Shown in pieces: positions 38,100 to 50,910 of a stretch of 64,000 nucleotides of DNA. Within the stretch, counting starts at the first letter, position 1. Each line of letters starts with the position of its first letter. The stretch is from assembly GCA_951406725.2 (NCBI GenBank), contig OX597817.1, forward strand, positions 113,894,001 through 113,958,000, read 5' to 3'. The notes beneath the pieces were generated by a model. It did not search any database. It was not told where the DNA came from and saw only the letters and a list, made by a program, of their open reading frames with translations. The DNA is from Octopus vulgaris (taxonomy: Eukaryota). Position numbers and translations under genes: made by a program.

Positions 38100-38520
38100 A
38101 TTTTTTATTTGTTTTAGTCATTTCACTGCGGCCATGTTGGAGCACCACTTTTAGTCAAACACATCAACCCCAAGACTTACTCTTTGTAAGACTAGTACTT
38201 ATTCTATTGGTTGGTCTCTTTTGCCAAACCCTTAAGCTACAGGGACATAAACACACCAACATCGGTTGTCAAGCAATGATTGGGGAGGACAAACACAGAC
38301 ACACAAACATACGCGTGCACACACACACACACACACACAATCACACACACAAACATATATGACAAGCTTCTTTCAATTTCTTTCTACCAAATCTACTCAC
38401 AAAGTTTTGGTTGGCCCGAGGCTATAGTAGAAGACACTTGCTCAAGGTGTCACACAGTGGGACTAAACCCAGAACCATGTGGTTGGTAAGCAAGCTACTT
38501 ACCACACAGCCACTCCTGCA
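38100..38520 (-). mobile_element. tRNA-derived SINE, family S1 (full length)
   Basis: Reverse complement of the S1 head (gcaggagtggctgtgtggtaagtagcttgcttaccaaccacatggttctgggtttagtccc) through the 3' end. Confidence 0.85.
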
Positions 38521-39104
38521 CCAAACACGAAATTCTGTCTGTCTGGGACCCCTGTATCTCAGTCTACATTGCTCTACATAGACATATTAAACTATTTTGG
38601 AATCAGGATGATCCTGAGATTGAAAATTGGTCCTTCCTTTGGTTCTTGAATATCCACCATCAGCATCAGGTATGGATGAGGATTTGTTATATGCCAACAG
38701 TTGAAAATACAAATTTTAAAAGAACTCTAAAAACTTAGAAGTTTTTCATTTAAACTGAATTGAAAGTAATTTCATATCGGTTGGGCAATACCATATTGGT
38801 AGGGTAATGCCATATTGGTAAGGACCATTAAATGCTTATTATTATTGCTCTCTTTAGTTTTGAGCCACAGGCCCAACTAACCCTCCACAGGAGCTAGCTT
38901 AAAAGTCCACACTCCATGTGGACAAGCTAGTATATATAAAGATACACATGTTCCAGAATCAAATATTAATGATTTCTCATATTAGCAATACATTACAAGA
39001 AGTGTAACAGTTAATTGGAAAGGTTTACTTAGTAAGTGACTAGTACTTATGGTGAAAGCCAAAGATTTGAACTAGTATGAAAGTTCACGTATAATACACT
39101 ATCA

Positions 39105-39400
39105 TATATAACTTTCATCTGTAGTTCCAGTCTCCAGTAGGAACAATCATCAACTATGTCCTCCAACCCTTCATTGTTCATGTAAAGAGACTTTATGTCA
39201 TTCTTGCAGACATCTTTGAAATGCAGATGAGGTCCTCATTGTGTTATCTTGCTGGAATCCAGTTCCCAGATTTTTCAGGAGCCTTCCATTTGATGTGAGG
39301 TGTAGATGATTCAGCCAGCAGAAGCATTGTTACAATAGGACAAGGAGACTGTTCATATGAAAGTGAGTCATGACCTCATTCCAGGTCATTCAGTCAGTTT
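39105..39400 (-). pseudogene. RTE/BovB-like LINE RT C-terminal remnant
   Basis: Minus-strand translation CWLNHLHLTSNGRL...ELDSSKITQ*GPHLHFKDVCKNDIKSL...WR resembles the RTE WLGHV.RM.DGR...GRP.LRFKDVCKRD motifs. Confidence 0.65.
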
Positions 39401-40845
39401 GCTTAGTGTCCAGGATCAGTCTCGAAGTGAGTCATTGCAAGGCATTGAAATACCACTCTTGTCTAGGACAAATGCTCTAGGTCTCAACACTATAAATTAA
39501 GTAGAGTAGAGGATTGAAGCATACTTCTAAACAAGATTGATGGAGCCATCAGATATATTGATGGAGCCATCAGCTTAAGTGAGAAAATTTACTCAGTTTT
39601 TCTCCCACTCCCATCATCTTCAGCAATGAATTTCTAATAACAAAGTCAACACTATGCTCTCTTGTCTCTTCTAAACTCACCTCATATCGCAACGTCTACC
39701 ATGATACCCCATCCTCACTACGTTTCTCTCTTTTCAGCTTTACCCCAACTAATCCTACCCTCTCCTCCATGATGTAAGTAACCATGTAGTGCCTCTACAA
39801 CAAGAAACCTGTTCTTTTCTAATCCCTTCTTACACTTTGACTCAAACATTCCATAACATAAAGTCACCACCCACTCTGTTGTAGCCCTACTCAGTCAAAG
39901 GTTATTTTAGTTTTGCAGGCAGTGTAGTGGCCTCACTAGTATTGGTGCCATTAAAAAAGCATCCAGTACATGCTGTAATGTGGCTAATGTTAGGAAGGGC
40001 ATCCAGCGTTTGAAACATGGCCAAAGCAGACATTGGAAAACAATGTAGTCTTTGAATCCATTGAATCCTGTCAAACCTTCCAACATATTCCAGCATGGAA
40101 CAGGAACACTGAATGATGATGATGATGTACTTAAATACACACACACGTGTGTGTGTGTGTACCCGTGCTAGCGCGGAAAACGGACGTTAAACGATGATGA
40201 TGATGATGGTATATATATATATATGGTGAGCTTCTTTCAGTTTCTACCAGCTAATTCCATTCACAAGGCTATAGTAGAAAATATGGTGCCATGCAGTGGG
40301 ACTGAACCTGAAACCATGTAGTTGGGAACCAAACTTCTTACCTATATAGCTGTGCTTCTACCGATATATATATATGAGCATACATAGTTATACACACAAA
40401 CATACATATGTAACAACACGTGAATTGTTGGCAATTTCTTTTCCTCCATCTTCCTTTTCTAGTGAACTTTCCTCTGTCTCCTGTTTCTGAAGAACAGCTT
40501 TGCTCAAAACATAAAACCACCTTTCTTTCCATCCCTGAGCATCTGCTAATACTTCACAGGTACCATGTCCTCACATTGTTGTTTCTTTGTTCCTCATTTT
40601 TGGGGATTTACTATATATATATATGGCGTTAGGAAGGGCATCCAGCCGTAGAAACACTGCCAGATCTGACTGGGCCTGACGAAGCCTTCCAGCTTCACAG
40701 ACCCCAGTTGACCCGTCCAACCCATGCTAGCATGGAAAGCGGACGCTAAATGATGATGATGATGATGATGAAGGGGTGTGTATATGTGTAAACAGACTAT
40801 TAGTAGTTGTTTGCACTTGTAAAACTTGTAATTATTGGTGAAGTT

Positions 40846-41222
40846 GGTGCTGGATTAACCATTAACCAAAATAAGTATATGCTTAGGGCAACATGGGAAA
40901 AGGGGCAGCACCGAAATGTTAAATGTTTTACAGTACAAAAGAAATCATTTTAAACTTGCTAAAATAATATTCAAAGCACTTTATATGATTGGATATATGA
41001 TTTTGAAGTGCTCCTGGCGTCATAGTGAGGATCTGATCAAAGTAGGAGAAAACTTTTCAAATACAAATGAAGTGGAAGTATACAAAAATAAACATTATTT
41101 TACCTCTTACTGTTTTGTTTCAGTTTAAAAAATAAAAATTTATTTTATGGTTTATATTTTGAATTACATATATATATATATGGAGGCACCAAAATCTTTA
41201 AAGTGCTTAGAGCCTCTATGGT
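40846..41222 (+). mobile_element. possible hAT-type non-autonomous element
   Basis: Begins gtgctggattaacc...tgcttagggc. A subterminal ggcaccaaaatc...gtgcttagagcctc repeat lies near 41185-41215. The right end is not resolved. Confidence 0.3.
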
Positions 41223-41949
41223 TGAAGACTTTTTATATCTTTCATGTTATTAGAAGAGGAAATTTTGATATTTTGAACGAATTTCTTTGTGGAAAGAGAA
41301 AGATTTTATTTGTCCTTGGTCTATGAGAACTTGGACACAGGCAGAAAATTAACAGTTGCACATTTAAGGAAAGTAAGAAGGGAAAAGAGGGAAGAGTAGT
41401 GGGAGAGAGAAACCAAATTTTGGAGAGCACGAAGTGGAGACAGAACAACAACAATAAAAGAAAGAGAGATTTAGAATGGGCAAGAATGGTCAGTTTAAGG
41501 AAGGGAAGGGGTATTTTTGTGTACCAGGTCAGTGACCGCACCAGCAAGCTTGTCAATACATGAGTATTCACAATACACACTAACACACATACAGATAGCT
41601 GGAGAACAAATGCACACACATATACACATAGGATGTTATATACATACAGGAAAAGCTGTTCTACCTGTTTATATGTCCCCTTTGAAAACATTCATACAAA
41701 AATATTAAAAATAGATAAAAATTAAATAATGAATAACAGAAATGAAATTAAATTAAAGTTACTTTGCTACTATTGAGAAACTATTTTTAATTTACTGAAG
41801 GATTTGTAAATAAACTATTAGACAATCACACATTCCTTGCTGTTTTCATTCTCCATGGGATAGTGATAGCTATTCTTATAGTCTGCAGACTAACTATTGC
41901 ACCTGTTTCGCAACTGTAATTTATTTACCATTACACAATTTTATTACAA

Positions 41950-42305
41950 GTATGGCTGTGTGCTAATAAATTTGCTTCCCAACCACATAGTTCCGGGTTC
42001 TGTGTGACAACTTGGGCAAACATCTTCCTCTCTGTGTGACAACTTGGGCAAACATCTTCCTCTCTGTGTGACAACTTGGGCACACATCTTCCTCTCTGTG
42101 GGACAACTTGGGCAAACATCTTCCTCTCTAGCATTGGGCTGATCAAAGCCTTGTGAGTGCAATTGTAGACAGAATCTGAAAGAAGTCCATCATGTGTGTT
42201 TGTGTGTGTCTTTGTGCTTGTGTTTGTCCCCCAACATTCATGACAATTGGTGTTGATATGTTTAAGTCCCTGTAACTTAGCAGTTTGGCAAAAGAAACTA
42301 TTAGA
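41950..42305 (+). mobile_element. S1 SINE carrying an internal 32-bp x4 tandem expansion (41999-42126)
   Basis: tctgtgtgacaacttgggcaaacatcttcctc x4 with two substitutions, immediately after the B-box region. Confidence 0.85.
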
Positions 42306-42749
42306 AGTAACATGATCGTTAGATGTGTCCTTGAGCAAAACACTTCATTTCATGTTGTTCCAGTCTCCCTTTCGATCAGTGGGAGTGTTGGCCTGCTCAC
42401 CTAGCCAGTAAGGTAGCACCATTTGAAGGCTAAAATGATGCAAAGTGCATTTTGACCAGCATTGTGAAGTAACAACATCTGATAGTCTGGTTGGTCATGT
42501 GTATAAACACACACATTCTTTTATTCTTTTACTTGTTTCAGTCATTTGATTGTGGCTATGCTGGAGCACCTCCTTGAAGGATTTTAGTCAAAGAAAACGA
42601 CCCTAGGACTTATTTTTTAGGTCTAGAATTTATTCTATCAGTCACTTTTGCTGAATCACTAAATTACAGGGACATAATCACACCAACACCGGTTGTCAGG
42701 TGGTGATGGAGGGACAAACATAGACACAAAGATATATACATATATATAA

Positions 42750-43352
42750 TGAAATTATTGTATACAGTGCTCAGGTGCACTACAACTTGTCAAAAGTGCG
42801 TATAAAGCTTATGTAGTAATGTACAGATGTCTGGAAAGTGAACAGTGTATGAGTCAGATGTATGCTCATGTGTGTATGGAGGGGAGAAAATCAGGTGTAG
42901 TGTTGGCGAATCTCAGGAAGCATGGAAGTTTTGAAGGATGCAGTGCTCTGACAACTAACAACCAATGCCAGCAGTTTGTTCCATACTTCAGCAACTCTTA
43001 GCATGAAAAAATATTTCCGAAAGTCATGGGAGCTGTGCTGTTTTCTGACTTTGTAAACATGTCCATGGGTGTTAGACAGGTGAAGTTTAAAAAGGTGCTC
43101 AGAGTTATTGTTAGTAAGATGGTTAATAATTTTATGGGTGTCTGCCAAGTCAGTTGCCAGACATCAGAGTTTCAATGTATCCATGCCCAGGGAAGTAAGG
43201 CCTTCAGAATATGGTAAATGCCTGATGCAGGGTATTCTCTTGGTTGCATGTCACTGGATGGTTTCCAGACGATTAATATCCTGGGTAAGATAGGGGTTCC
43301 AGACCGGTGATGCAAATTCCAGGTAAGGCCACACCATAGCTATATAAAGCCT
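42750..43352 (-). pseudogene. CR1-type LINE 3' end (RT C-terminus + 3'UTR)
   Basis: Minus-strand translation LYIAMVWPYLEFASPVWNPYLTQDINRLETIQ*HATKRIP...HGHVYKV...RKYFFMLRVAEVWNKL...SFK matches CR1/L2-type motifs. Confidence 0.85.
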
Positions 43353-43540
43353 TGAGCTTCTTTCAGTATCTGTCTACCAAATCCACTCACGAGGCTTTGG
43401 TTAGCCTAAGGTTATAGTAGAAAACATTTGTCCAAAGTACCATGCAGTGTGATAACCCAGAATCATGTGGTTGGGAAGCAAGCTTCTTATCACACTGCCA
43501 CGCCTGCACCTATATATATATATGTGTGTGTGTGTGTGTA

Positions 43541-43572
<32 letters not shown>

Positions 43573-45767
43573 ACACACAAACACATACACACATTTGATA
43601 AACAGATATTTATGCCTATAAGTATCTGTTTACTAAATATTTCTGTTGCTTAAATTCTTTTCAGCTGGCATACATCATTAATCAATTGCTTTAAAAGAAA
43701 AAAGAAAAGAATGGAAAGAATAAATTCTATCCTCAAGGACACTGATGCTATTTGCACATCAGTAATGAAGTCACGTGCAACTACAGCACTTCTTATTGCT
43801 ACAGCTACAATATCTTATGATGCTTTAACAGTAACTATTGTTGACAGTAACAGTCAAGAGGGGAACTTTTATATAGTCGTTTGGCAGGCTAGAAAAAGTA
43901 GCCAAATCTCCTTCAAATGACATCCTGTCATCTCATATAAGGAAAGGACACATTGAATAATATGATACATAGACAGGAAGAAAAAAGATAGGATGGTCAT
44001 GGTTGGAATGCTTTTTGATCATAGATCAGAAGCAACAACTGTCAGAAGCAACAACTGCAGCGGCAACAACAGCCGTTCAAGAATTGGGACCTGGAGATCT
44101 CCATTTCCAGCGACTTTGAGGGCCACCTCCCAGTGGTGTCAGACGTCAACGAAGAGCCCTTGACTACAACAAGACGACCAAAGTTGTTTTTTTTCCAAGG
44201 TCTAGGGGCTCCCGCCCCTAAGCCCTAGAGCATCACCTAATCACCTTTACCTGTCTTGTTGCTTAACAACAACAACAACAATAACAATATGAGCAGTTAT
44301 AATATTATGGATCAATGATGGTGCCTCTAAGTGGTCATGGAGGAAACAGTAAAGAGTGATTTGAGGAAAATTTGGCTACTATTCCTTGCATGCTGAGAAA
44401 CTGCATAGGGGTTCCCTAGTTGACTCATATTGTTGTTGTTGCACAGCCCCGGGTATGCCTTGATGAAACTCACTTATGATCAACAACATTCCAACCATTG
44501 TCATCCCAACTTATATTCAGATAGTATATCTAGGACTATATTACCCAATTTATTTCATTAAAGATTGTAGGCTGTGATCTGAGGGAAATTTGACTACTAT
44601 TTCTAGCAGGCCTTACAACACTTAAAAACCCTTTCATTGGCTCAAGTTATGCTTGTATCGTTGTTGAATATGTTGGTATTGATATTCTTGGTGCTGTTGG
44701 TGTTATTTAGCCACAGGTCAGTCTGATGGAGAAGACCTATGGTCAAAGACATTCTAAACATTCATTGTGATCGCTCTGTCCTTTTTTTTTTTTGAGTTAT
44801 TGTAAATCTTAGACCATATTTTCCAGTAAGACTTTGCATAAATATTTTCTCCCTAATCGAAACTTGATTTGTTCTTTGCCATAGCTCCATATTGCTTATG
44901 TGTTCGGGCCATCTAATTTTAAGTATACTATGCAAGCATCTGTTGATTAATGATTGTATTTGCTTATTTGACTTAACTGTTGAGAAAGGGGGACATTCAT
45001 GGCAGAGTATTAGTACAGAAGCGAAAAATTATGCGACATGGAATTCAATTATAAGTGTTGGAGGGCTAAAGGCAGGAAAAAAAAAAGACTTTGCTATTTT
45101 GTTTTCTTTAAGACAGCAGGTTCTAATATCAGGTTGATTTGGTTACTATTTTCCTGTTTATAATAAACAGAGTTGCAATGTTGAGGTCTCCTTGTAGAAG
45201 CTCAATTCATTATTCTGTTTAATACAGATACTAAAAGTTTTGCATGAACATGTGTGAAGAGTTTTAACAATATGTTGATAATTTAACATTAATGTCAGCT
45301 GAATCAAATGCATTAGGGACTAATCAAACCAACGAACCCTTAAATTGGATTTAAGCAAAAAAAGGGATCTACTTTCATATTACACCCACACACACCATTT
45401 TCCCCCCTTCTTACTGTTTATCCAGCAGAGGAGGTTATTCTGTCTGTGTTTAAATATAGGAATACAAAGGGTGGGATTTATATTGTTATATTGTATCATA
45501 CATAATAGAAGGTTATCAGTTTTATTTAACTTATCATTGGGTGTAGCAATGTATGTGTGGTTATAAAGTTCATTTCATGATCATGTGATTCCAGGTTCAA
45601 ACCTACTATGGTTAAGAATGTTATACAATAATCTTGGGTTGATCAAAGTTTTCAAAATAAAATAAATTTGGTAACAGATGTATGTATGAATGTATGTATG
45701 TATGTATGTATGTATGTATGTATGTATGTATGTATTTATCTATGTATGCATGTATCTATCTATCTAT

Positions 45768-45821
<54 letters not shown>

Positions 45822-45909
45822 CCCCACCCCCACACATGCACACACACATACTAGTGTTGCCTGGATTAAAGAAAATAATGAAATTTAAGTATACCTTTTA
45901 AATCTCTAA

Positions 45910-48202
45910 TTAAAATGAAACATGAGAATGTCCTTTCCTCTCAAATCTCTTAGGCTATGGTCAACAGCCTTAAGTGCTCCACCGTGGGACACAGTGCATT
46001 CATCCCAGACAATCAAGTGCATCTGCTGCAAGACCTTGGCCTTTGTTGATGTCTTGGAAATGATGCAAATTGGAGTTTCTGTCCTAATTAAATTCAAGGG
46101 AACCTTGAAAGTAGAATGAGCTTTTCATCCACCTGTCAAGAGAGTAGCTGCTATTCCAGAAGACGTTACTGCCAATGCAATGCACCCATCTAGAGGAACT
46201 TTTGTTAACAAAAGGTTGATCAAAAACGTCTTAACATTACCCCCAGGAGCACCCAAAAAAAAAAAAACAGGCCACCCTTTTCGTCCTGAGTCATTGGAAT
46301 GATGGAATTGTAAGCTGTCAGTTTTGCCATCATCATCATCATTTTGCAGTCACCTCATCATTCTTGTTTGCCTCCTGAAGGCCAAAAACTGCCATGTCTG
46401 ACCCCTAGTTCACATATTTGCACACATACTTGATAGCTTTCACAGTGTTACAAAACTTAACATTGATATGTGCTTTGTTGATCTTTGACAGAAAGGGACA
46501 ATATGGCACAATCCACCTGTTGTCAAACATGCAGTTTTTGGCCTTCAGGAGGCAAACAAGAATGATGAGGTGACTGCAAAATGATGCTGATGGCAAAACT
46601 GACAGCTCACAATTGCATCATTCCAATGACTCAGGACTTCAATTTCTCAGGATATACTTGCATTGATAGTGGCTTTATGTCCTCCTTAACCTGGCTTGCA
46701 ATGCCTATAGCTCGGGTATCCATCATAACCAGTCTCTGTTTCAGCAATGAATTTCTTAGGGTACACTTTACTGCACTTTCCATCAACCATGCAAGGAGAG
46801 TTCCTGTTGCGAGGGTCACATGGACCATGCACCATCTGAATCCTGATGACTTCAAAAGGATCAGGATCTTCTGTTGCATCAGGAAGTTTGGCACTGATTT
46901 GGATGGATTTTGTCTTTAAGCCAGATTAGCATGTGGGCATGTGGCAGGCCTCATTTCTGCCATTCAACTGTGTGCATATGGCAAATAGTTTCACCAAAGA
47001 TGTGATGTTTGGTAATTAGTGCTAATATCGTCAACAGCTTTTGCCAAAACACACATGCCAAAAGGTCGTGCCTATGGTGAGAACATAGTCTTGGTAGAAG
47101 TAGGGCCTTGATTTCACCCCACAGAGGGTTTCAAGAGAAGATCATGAAAAGATCAGGCCATCCATATGTCCTGACATATGTCATTGCATCCTGCGTTCTC
47201 TCGTGCACATACTGAGGGGTTTCCTGTGAATGTAGATGGCAGAATGACCAACTGTCCCATGTTGCTGACATCACAATCTATTGCAATGGCATGACGCAGG
47301 CAGACATATAACTCCACATGTAACTTTTTCTAATGTTGTCGAATGAAGAGAAGATGCTCGCTCTCAACCTTTGCATACGCATCAACCAGGAATTGATGGA
47401 GGAGGTTACGACACTGCAGAAGATGGCTTGGATTGGCAAGGTGGATCATCAGTATGTAAGCATAGTAGTCATTGGCTGAGACCTTCTTGTTAGTGGGCTG
47501 TTTTGTGGTGGGATCTACTTGTGAAATGTCAAAATGATATCCATCTTGCTCTTGCCAGAAGATTAATGGGTACTGCAGGACATCATATGACCGATGAGTT
47601 TCTGATACGTGTGTCAGCCAGGATCTCGCTGATGAATGATGATGTCTTGGTGATTGTGTTGTTCACCAACCAGGTGAATGGCCACTTCTTTCACAGCTGG
47701 TGCATTGAAACAACAGTCATGCTCACCTACTAGTCTCTTATCTGACCTGATTACTACTTTAAAGTCACCATTTGGACATGGATGTTCCATTGCTGTCTTG
47801 AAGCTTCTTATTTCTTTATTACCCAAAAGGGGCTAAACATAGACGGGACAGACAAAGGGATTAAGTTGATTACATTGACCCCAGTGTGTAACTGGTACTT
47901 AATTTTTCGACCCCGAAAGGATGAAAAGCGAAGTCGACCTTGGTGGAATTTGAACTCAGAACGTAACGGCAGACGAAATATTGCTAATTATTTTGCCTGG
48001 TGTGCTAACGTTTCTGCCACCACACTGCCTTAGCTTGAAGCTTCTTACCAGATCATTGTGGGTGTGGAGTATTTCTTGCAAAGATATTACAGTGTTTCTG
48101 TCAAGATTTTGAAAGTTTTGACATTGTCTGTTACATTGCTGCTGTGAATCTCCCATGAAGTAAATCTGAAGGAACTTAGCAGACTTGTTAACCTGGGACA
48201 TG
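45910..48202 (-). pseudogene. Helitron Rep/PIF1-helicase remnant (internally deleted, rearranged, SINE-interrupted)
   Basis: Minus strand: FLQIYFMGD, LLHQFLVDAYAKVESE, PDLFMIFS*NP (motif 1), VEWQK*GLPHAHMLIW (HUH, 46921-46969), DNRWIVPYCP...AHINV...AIKYVCKY (Tyr motif), and helicase GAPGGNVKTF, SSGIAATLL, HSTFKVP, LIVWDECT. Confidence 0.92.
47811..48033 (-). mobile_element. full-length tRNA-derived SINE family S2 with 14-bp TSD
   Basis: TSD CTTGAAGCTTCTTA at 47797-47810 and 48034-48047. Head tggcagaaacgttagcac...gagttcaaattcc and body ggtcgacttcgcttttcatcctttcggggtcg. Other copies near 29980-30170, 57345-57560, 57895-58130, 60425-60590 and 61710-61925. Confidence 0.9.
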
Positions 48203-48227
48203 ATTTTTTTTTTCTCTCACACACACT

Positions 48228-48680
48228 CATCTAACTATATATCTTATGTATGTGAAACAGATCTGTTGACAATTGATCAATTAAATGAAAACAACGGTGT
48301 GTATATCCGATATGAATTTTTTTTTTTCATTAACACACTCACATAAATATATATCTTATATATATAAAATAGACTTGTTGACGATTTAAAATTTTTATAG
48401 AAATGAACCTTTACATACGGATACACAAATGAAAAGGTAGAGAAGATTATGGTACAGAGTGATCCAGCTGTTTGGCAATCCATAGAGAACACACACAAAT
48501 ATATGTCTTACATATATAAAACAGACCTGTTGACATATGAAAAATAGGCCTCTATGTAGAATGCATTTACACACATCTAAATATATATCTTATATATGAA
48601 GCAGACCTGTTGACATTGGAAAATTTTTACAGAAATGAACCTGTATATACAGATACACAAATAGAAAGCTGGAGAAGAAT
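48228..48680 (+). repeat. four repeated Helitron-5'-end-like units
   Basis: (atct)aaatatatatcttatatataaaacagacctgttgac variants at ~48228, 48342, 48496 and 48573. Two are followed by a shared aaattttta.agaaatgaacct...gatacacaaat block. Confidence 0.55.
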
Positions 48681-49282
48681 TTCTTTCTTACTTCTCTCTC
48701 TCTCTCTCCCTCCCTCCCTGTTTCAATAACCACTTGCTTCTCCAAATGCTTACCTCCTCCTCGACCATCCCACTCTATATAAACTTGCTCTCTCGGATTC
48801 CTACTACATTTCAGTAACCCCGCCTAAAGAATACAAATCCAGCCAGAAGATGTTGTTCAGATTAGGAATCTTGTTTTTTTTTTCACCTCAGTACATCTGT
48901 CACCTCTATTTCAGTGCAGATCATAATCCCCTCTTAGTTCTGTAAACATAGTTTTTGCCTTCTGTCTTAAAAACAAACTTAAGTTCACACGAATACCCTA
49001 TCATCACTCATTCATCCATCTATTTACTTTTGTCACACCGTCAATTAGTCATTTCTCTAATTTTGTCACAGATTGGCTGACCGAATATTCTAAGATTTTA
49101 AAATTCTCTCTACTATTAATATGCTATTCCTAACACCGGCTTTGCTGTTTCACGGTGCGAAAGTCCTCCCACCCCCACCACCAGTTCCGGCAGTCTCTAT
49201 CCTCTGACATCCTTCGGTTGTCTCCCATGAACACTTCTAAAGGCTTAATGCCATCCCCACCCCTACTTTCTGTCCATCAGGT

Positions 49283-49672
49283 AACCGGGGCTACCTGTTG
49301 GCCAGAAAGACTGATTTTATGACACCCTCTTGCTGACTACCTCATCAACAAATGACAGGGACCTTCTCTTTGTGGCTGGTGATTTCAAAGGACATGTTGG
49401 ACAACATGCGGGAGGCTTCCATGGCATATGTGGAGGCTATGGTTTTGGTTCCCGCAATGAGGAGGGAACCAGGCTGCTGGGGTTCTGCAATGCAAATGAC
49501 CTTATGGTTTGCAATTCTAACTTTAGGAAACCTGCCAATCACCTAGTCACCTACCAATCTGGTAGTCACACTAGTCAAATTGACTACATCCTTACCAGGA
49601 AAAGGGAAATATGGCTAGTTATAAATGCCAAAACCTTCCCAGGTGAAGAATGTACCCCACAACATAGACTAG
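49283..49672 (+). pseudogene. RTE LINE AP-endonuclease (EEP) domain fragment
   Basis: LFVAGDFKGHVG...GGYGFGSRNEEGTRLLGFC...NFRK...VTYQSG...QIDYIL...PGEECTPQHRLV (GDFN-like, IDY and QH motifs). Confidence 0.9.
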
Positions 49673-50048
49673 TACATAAAAATCACCATTTGGGTGTGAT
49701 CGTTGCCAGTGTTGCCTTACTGGCACTTGTGCCGGTGGCATGTGAAAAACAACATTCGAGCAAGGTTGTTGCCAGTGCTGCTGGACTGGCTCCTATGCAG
49801 GTGGCACATAAAAAACACCATTTGAGCATGGCCGTTGCCAGTACCGCCTGACTGGCCCTCATGCCGGTGGCATGTAAAAGCACCCACTACACTCTCGGAG
49901 TGGTTGACATTAGGAAGAGTATCCACCTGTAGAAACCCTGCCAGATCAGATTGGAGCTTGGTGCAACCAACTGGCTTGCAAGTCCTCAGTCAAACCGTCC
50001 AACCCATGCCAGTATGGAAAGCGGACATTAAATGATGATGATGATGAT
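49673..50048 (+). mobile_element. S3/RTE 3'UTR with ggtggca...aaaa.cacc subunits and (GAT)n tail
   Basis: Three gccggtggca-type subunits, then cactacactctcggagtggttg...aaatgatgatgatgatgat. Confidence 0.8.
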
Positions 50049-50589
50049 TAAAGTACCTTTAGAAATTCTTTTTTATCAGAAATCGTCACAACTATAATGA
50101 TGTATACATAGGTGTGTGTGTGTGTGTAAATAGCTGGTTACATGGTTTCTATGTTAGAACACTAGACACAGGAAGTTGACATTGACAAAATGGTTTGAAG
50201 AAGTGAATCTTTATTATATATACAAAGCAATATTATTTATTTTTAATAAAAAAAATAAATCAAGACTGTATTATACAGCAGGCAGTATTTGAAATGGGGA
50301 GAAAGGGGCTATAGGTCCTGTGTCCAGAGTTTAAGAGAGAATATGGGTCCAGAAAGTCTTTAAGGATCCTTTATCACTCTGCTAGGCAGAGATTGCATCA
50401 TCTACTCCTGTTTATGTAGGACACTAGCTGTTTTATGATCCTCCATTTAATTTTGAATGGGTTTCTTCATTCTTAAGGCACCACACATGGCTGGCCAAGG
50501 ATGTGACGGCCTGTCTTTCTGGAACCCTGAAAGAGAACCTGTGGTTGTATAGGCACAACCATAGTTGTTATCGTTGCAGTAGTCATTGC

Positions 50590-50910
50590 TCGTTACGTCT
50601 CTGGCATTGACAACATCCCTGCTGACGCCTTATCTCGCCTGCCTATCAGTGCATTGTCATCTCCTGCTTTGATTGATTTGGTTGCTATGGCTACTGATCA
50701 ACCCTCCTTAGACTCTCTGGACGTCTCTTCACCAGTTTTCCTGCTGCAAATTTGAACACTTGCCTCTGCCTTTTTCTGAAGGAACCATTCTCTGCAATGT
50801 TTCTACTGGGTCACCACGACCCCTCGTTCCTGAATGCCACCGTCATGCTATTTTTGAAGCACTGCATTCCCTGTCATATCTTGGCATTGTGACCACAGTA
50901 AAGTTTATCT
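50590..50910 (+). pseudogene. Ty3/Gypsy pol fragment (RNase H end + integrase zinc-binding region)
   Basis: RYVSGIDNIPADALSRLP...IDLVAMATDQ, then after a frameshift ILCNVSTGSPRPLVPECHRHAIFEALHSLSYLGI. Confidence 0.85.

Noticed and set aside
39535-39572. Short tandem duplications (also 44025-44056, 57620-57672, 58530-58562)
   Set aside because: They are ordinary 15-27 bp slippage duplications with no further structure.
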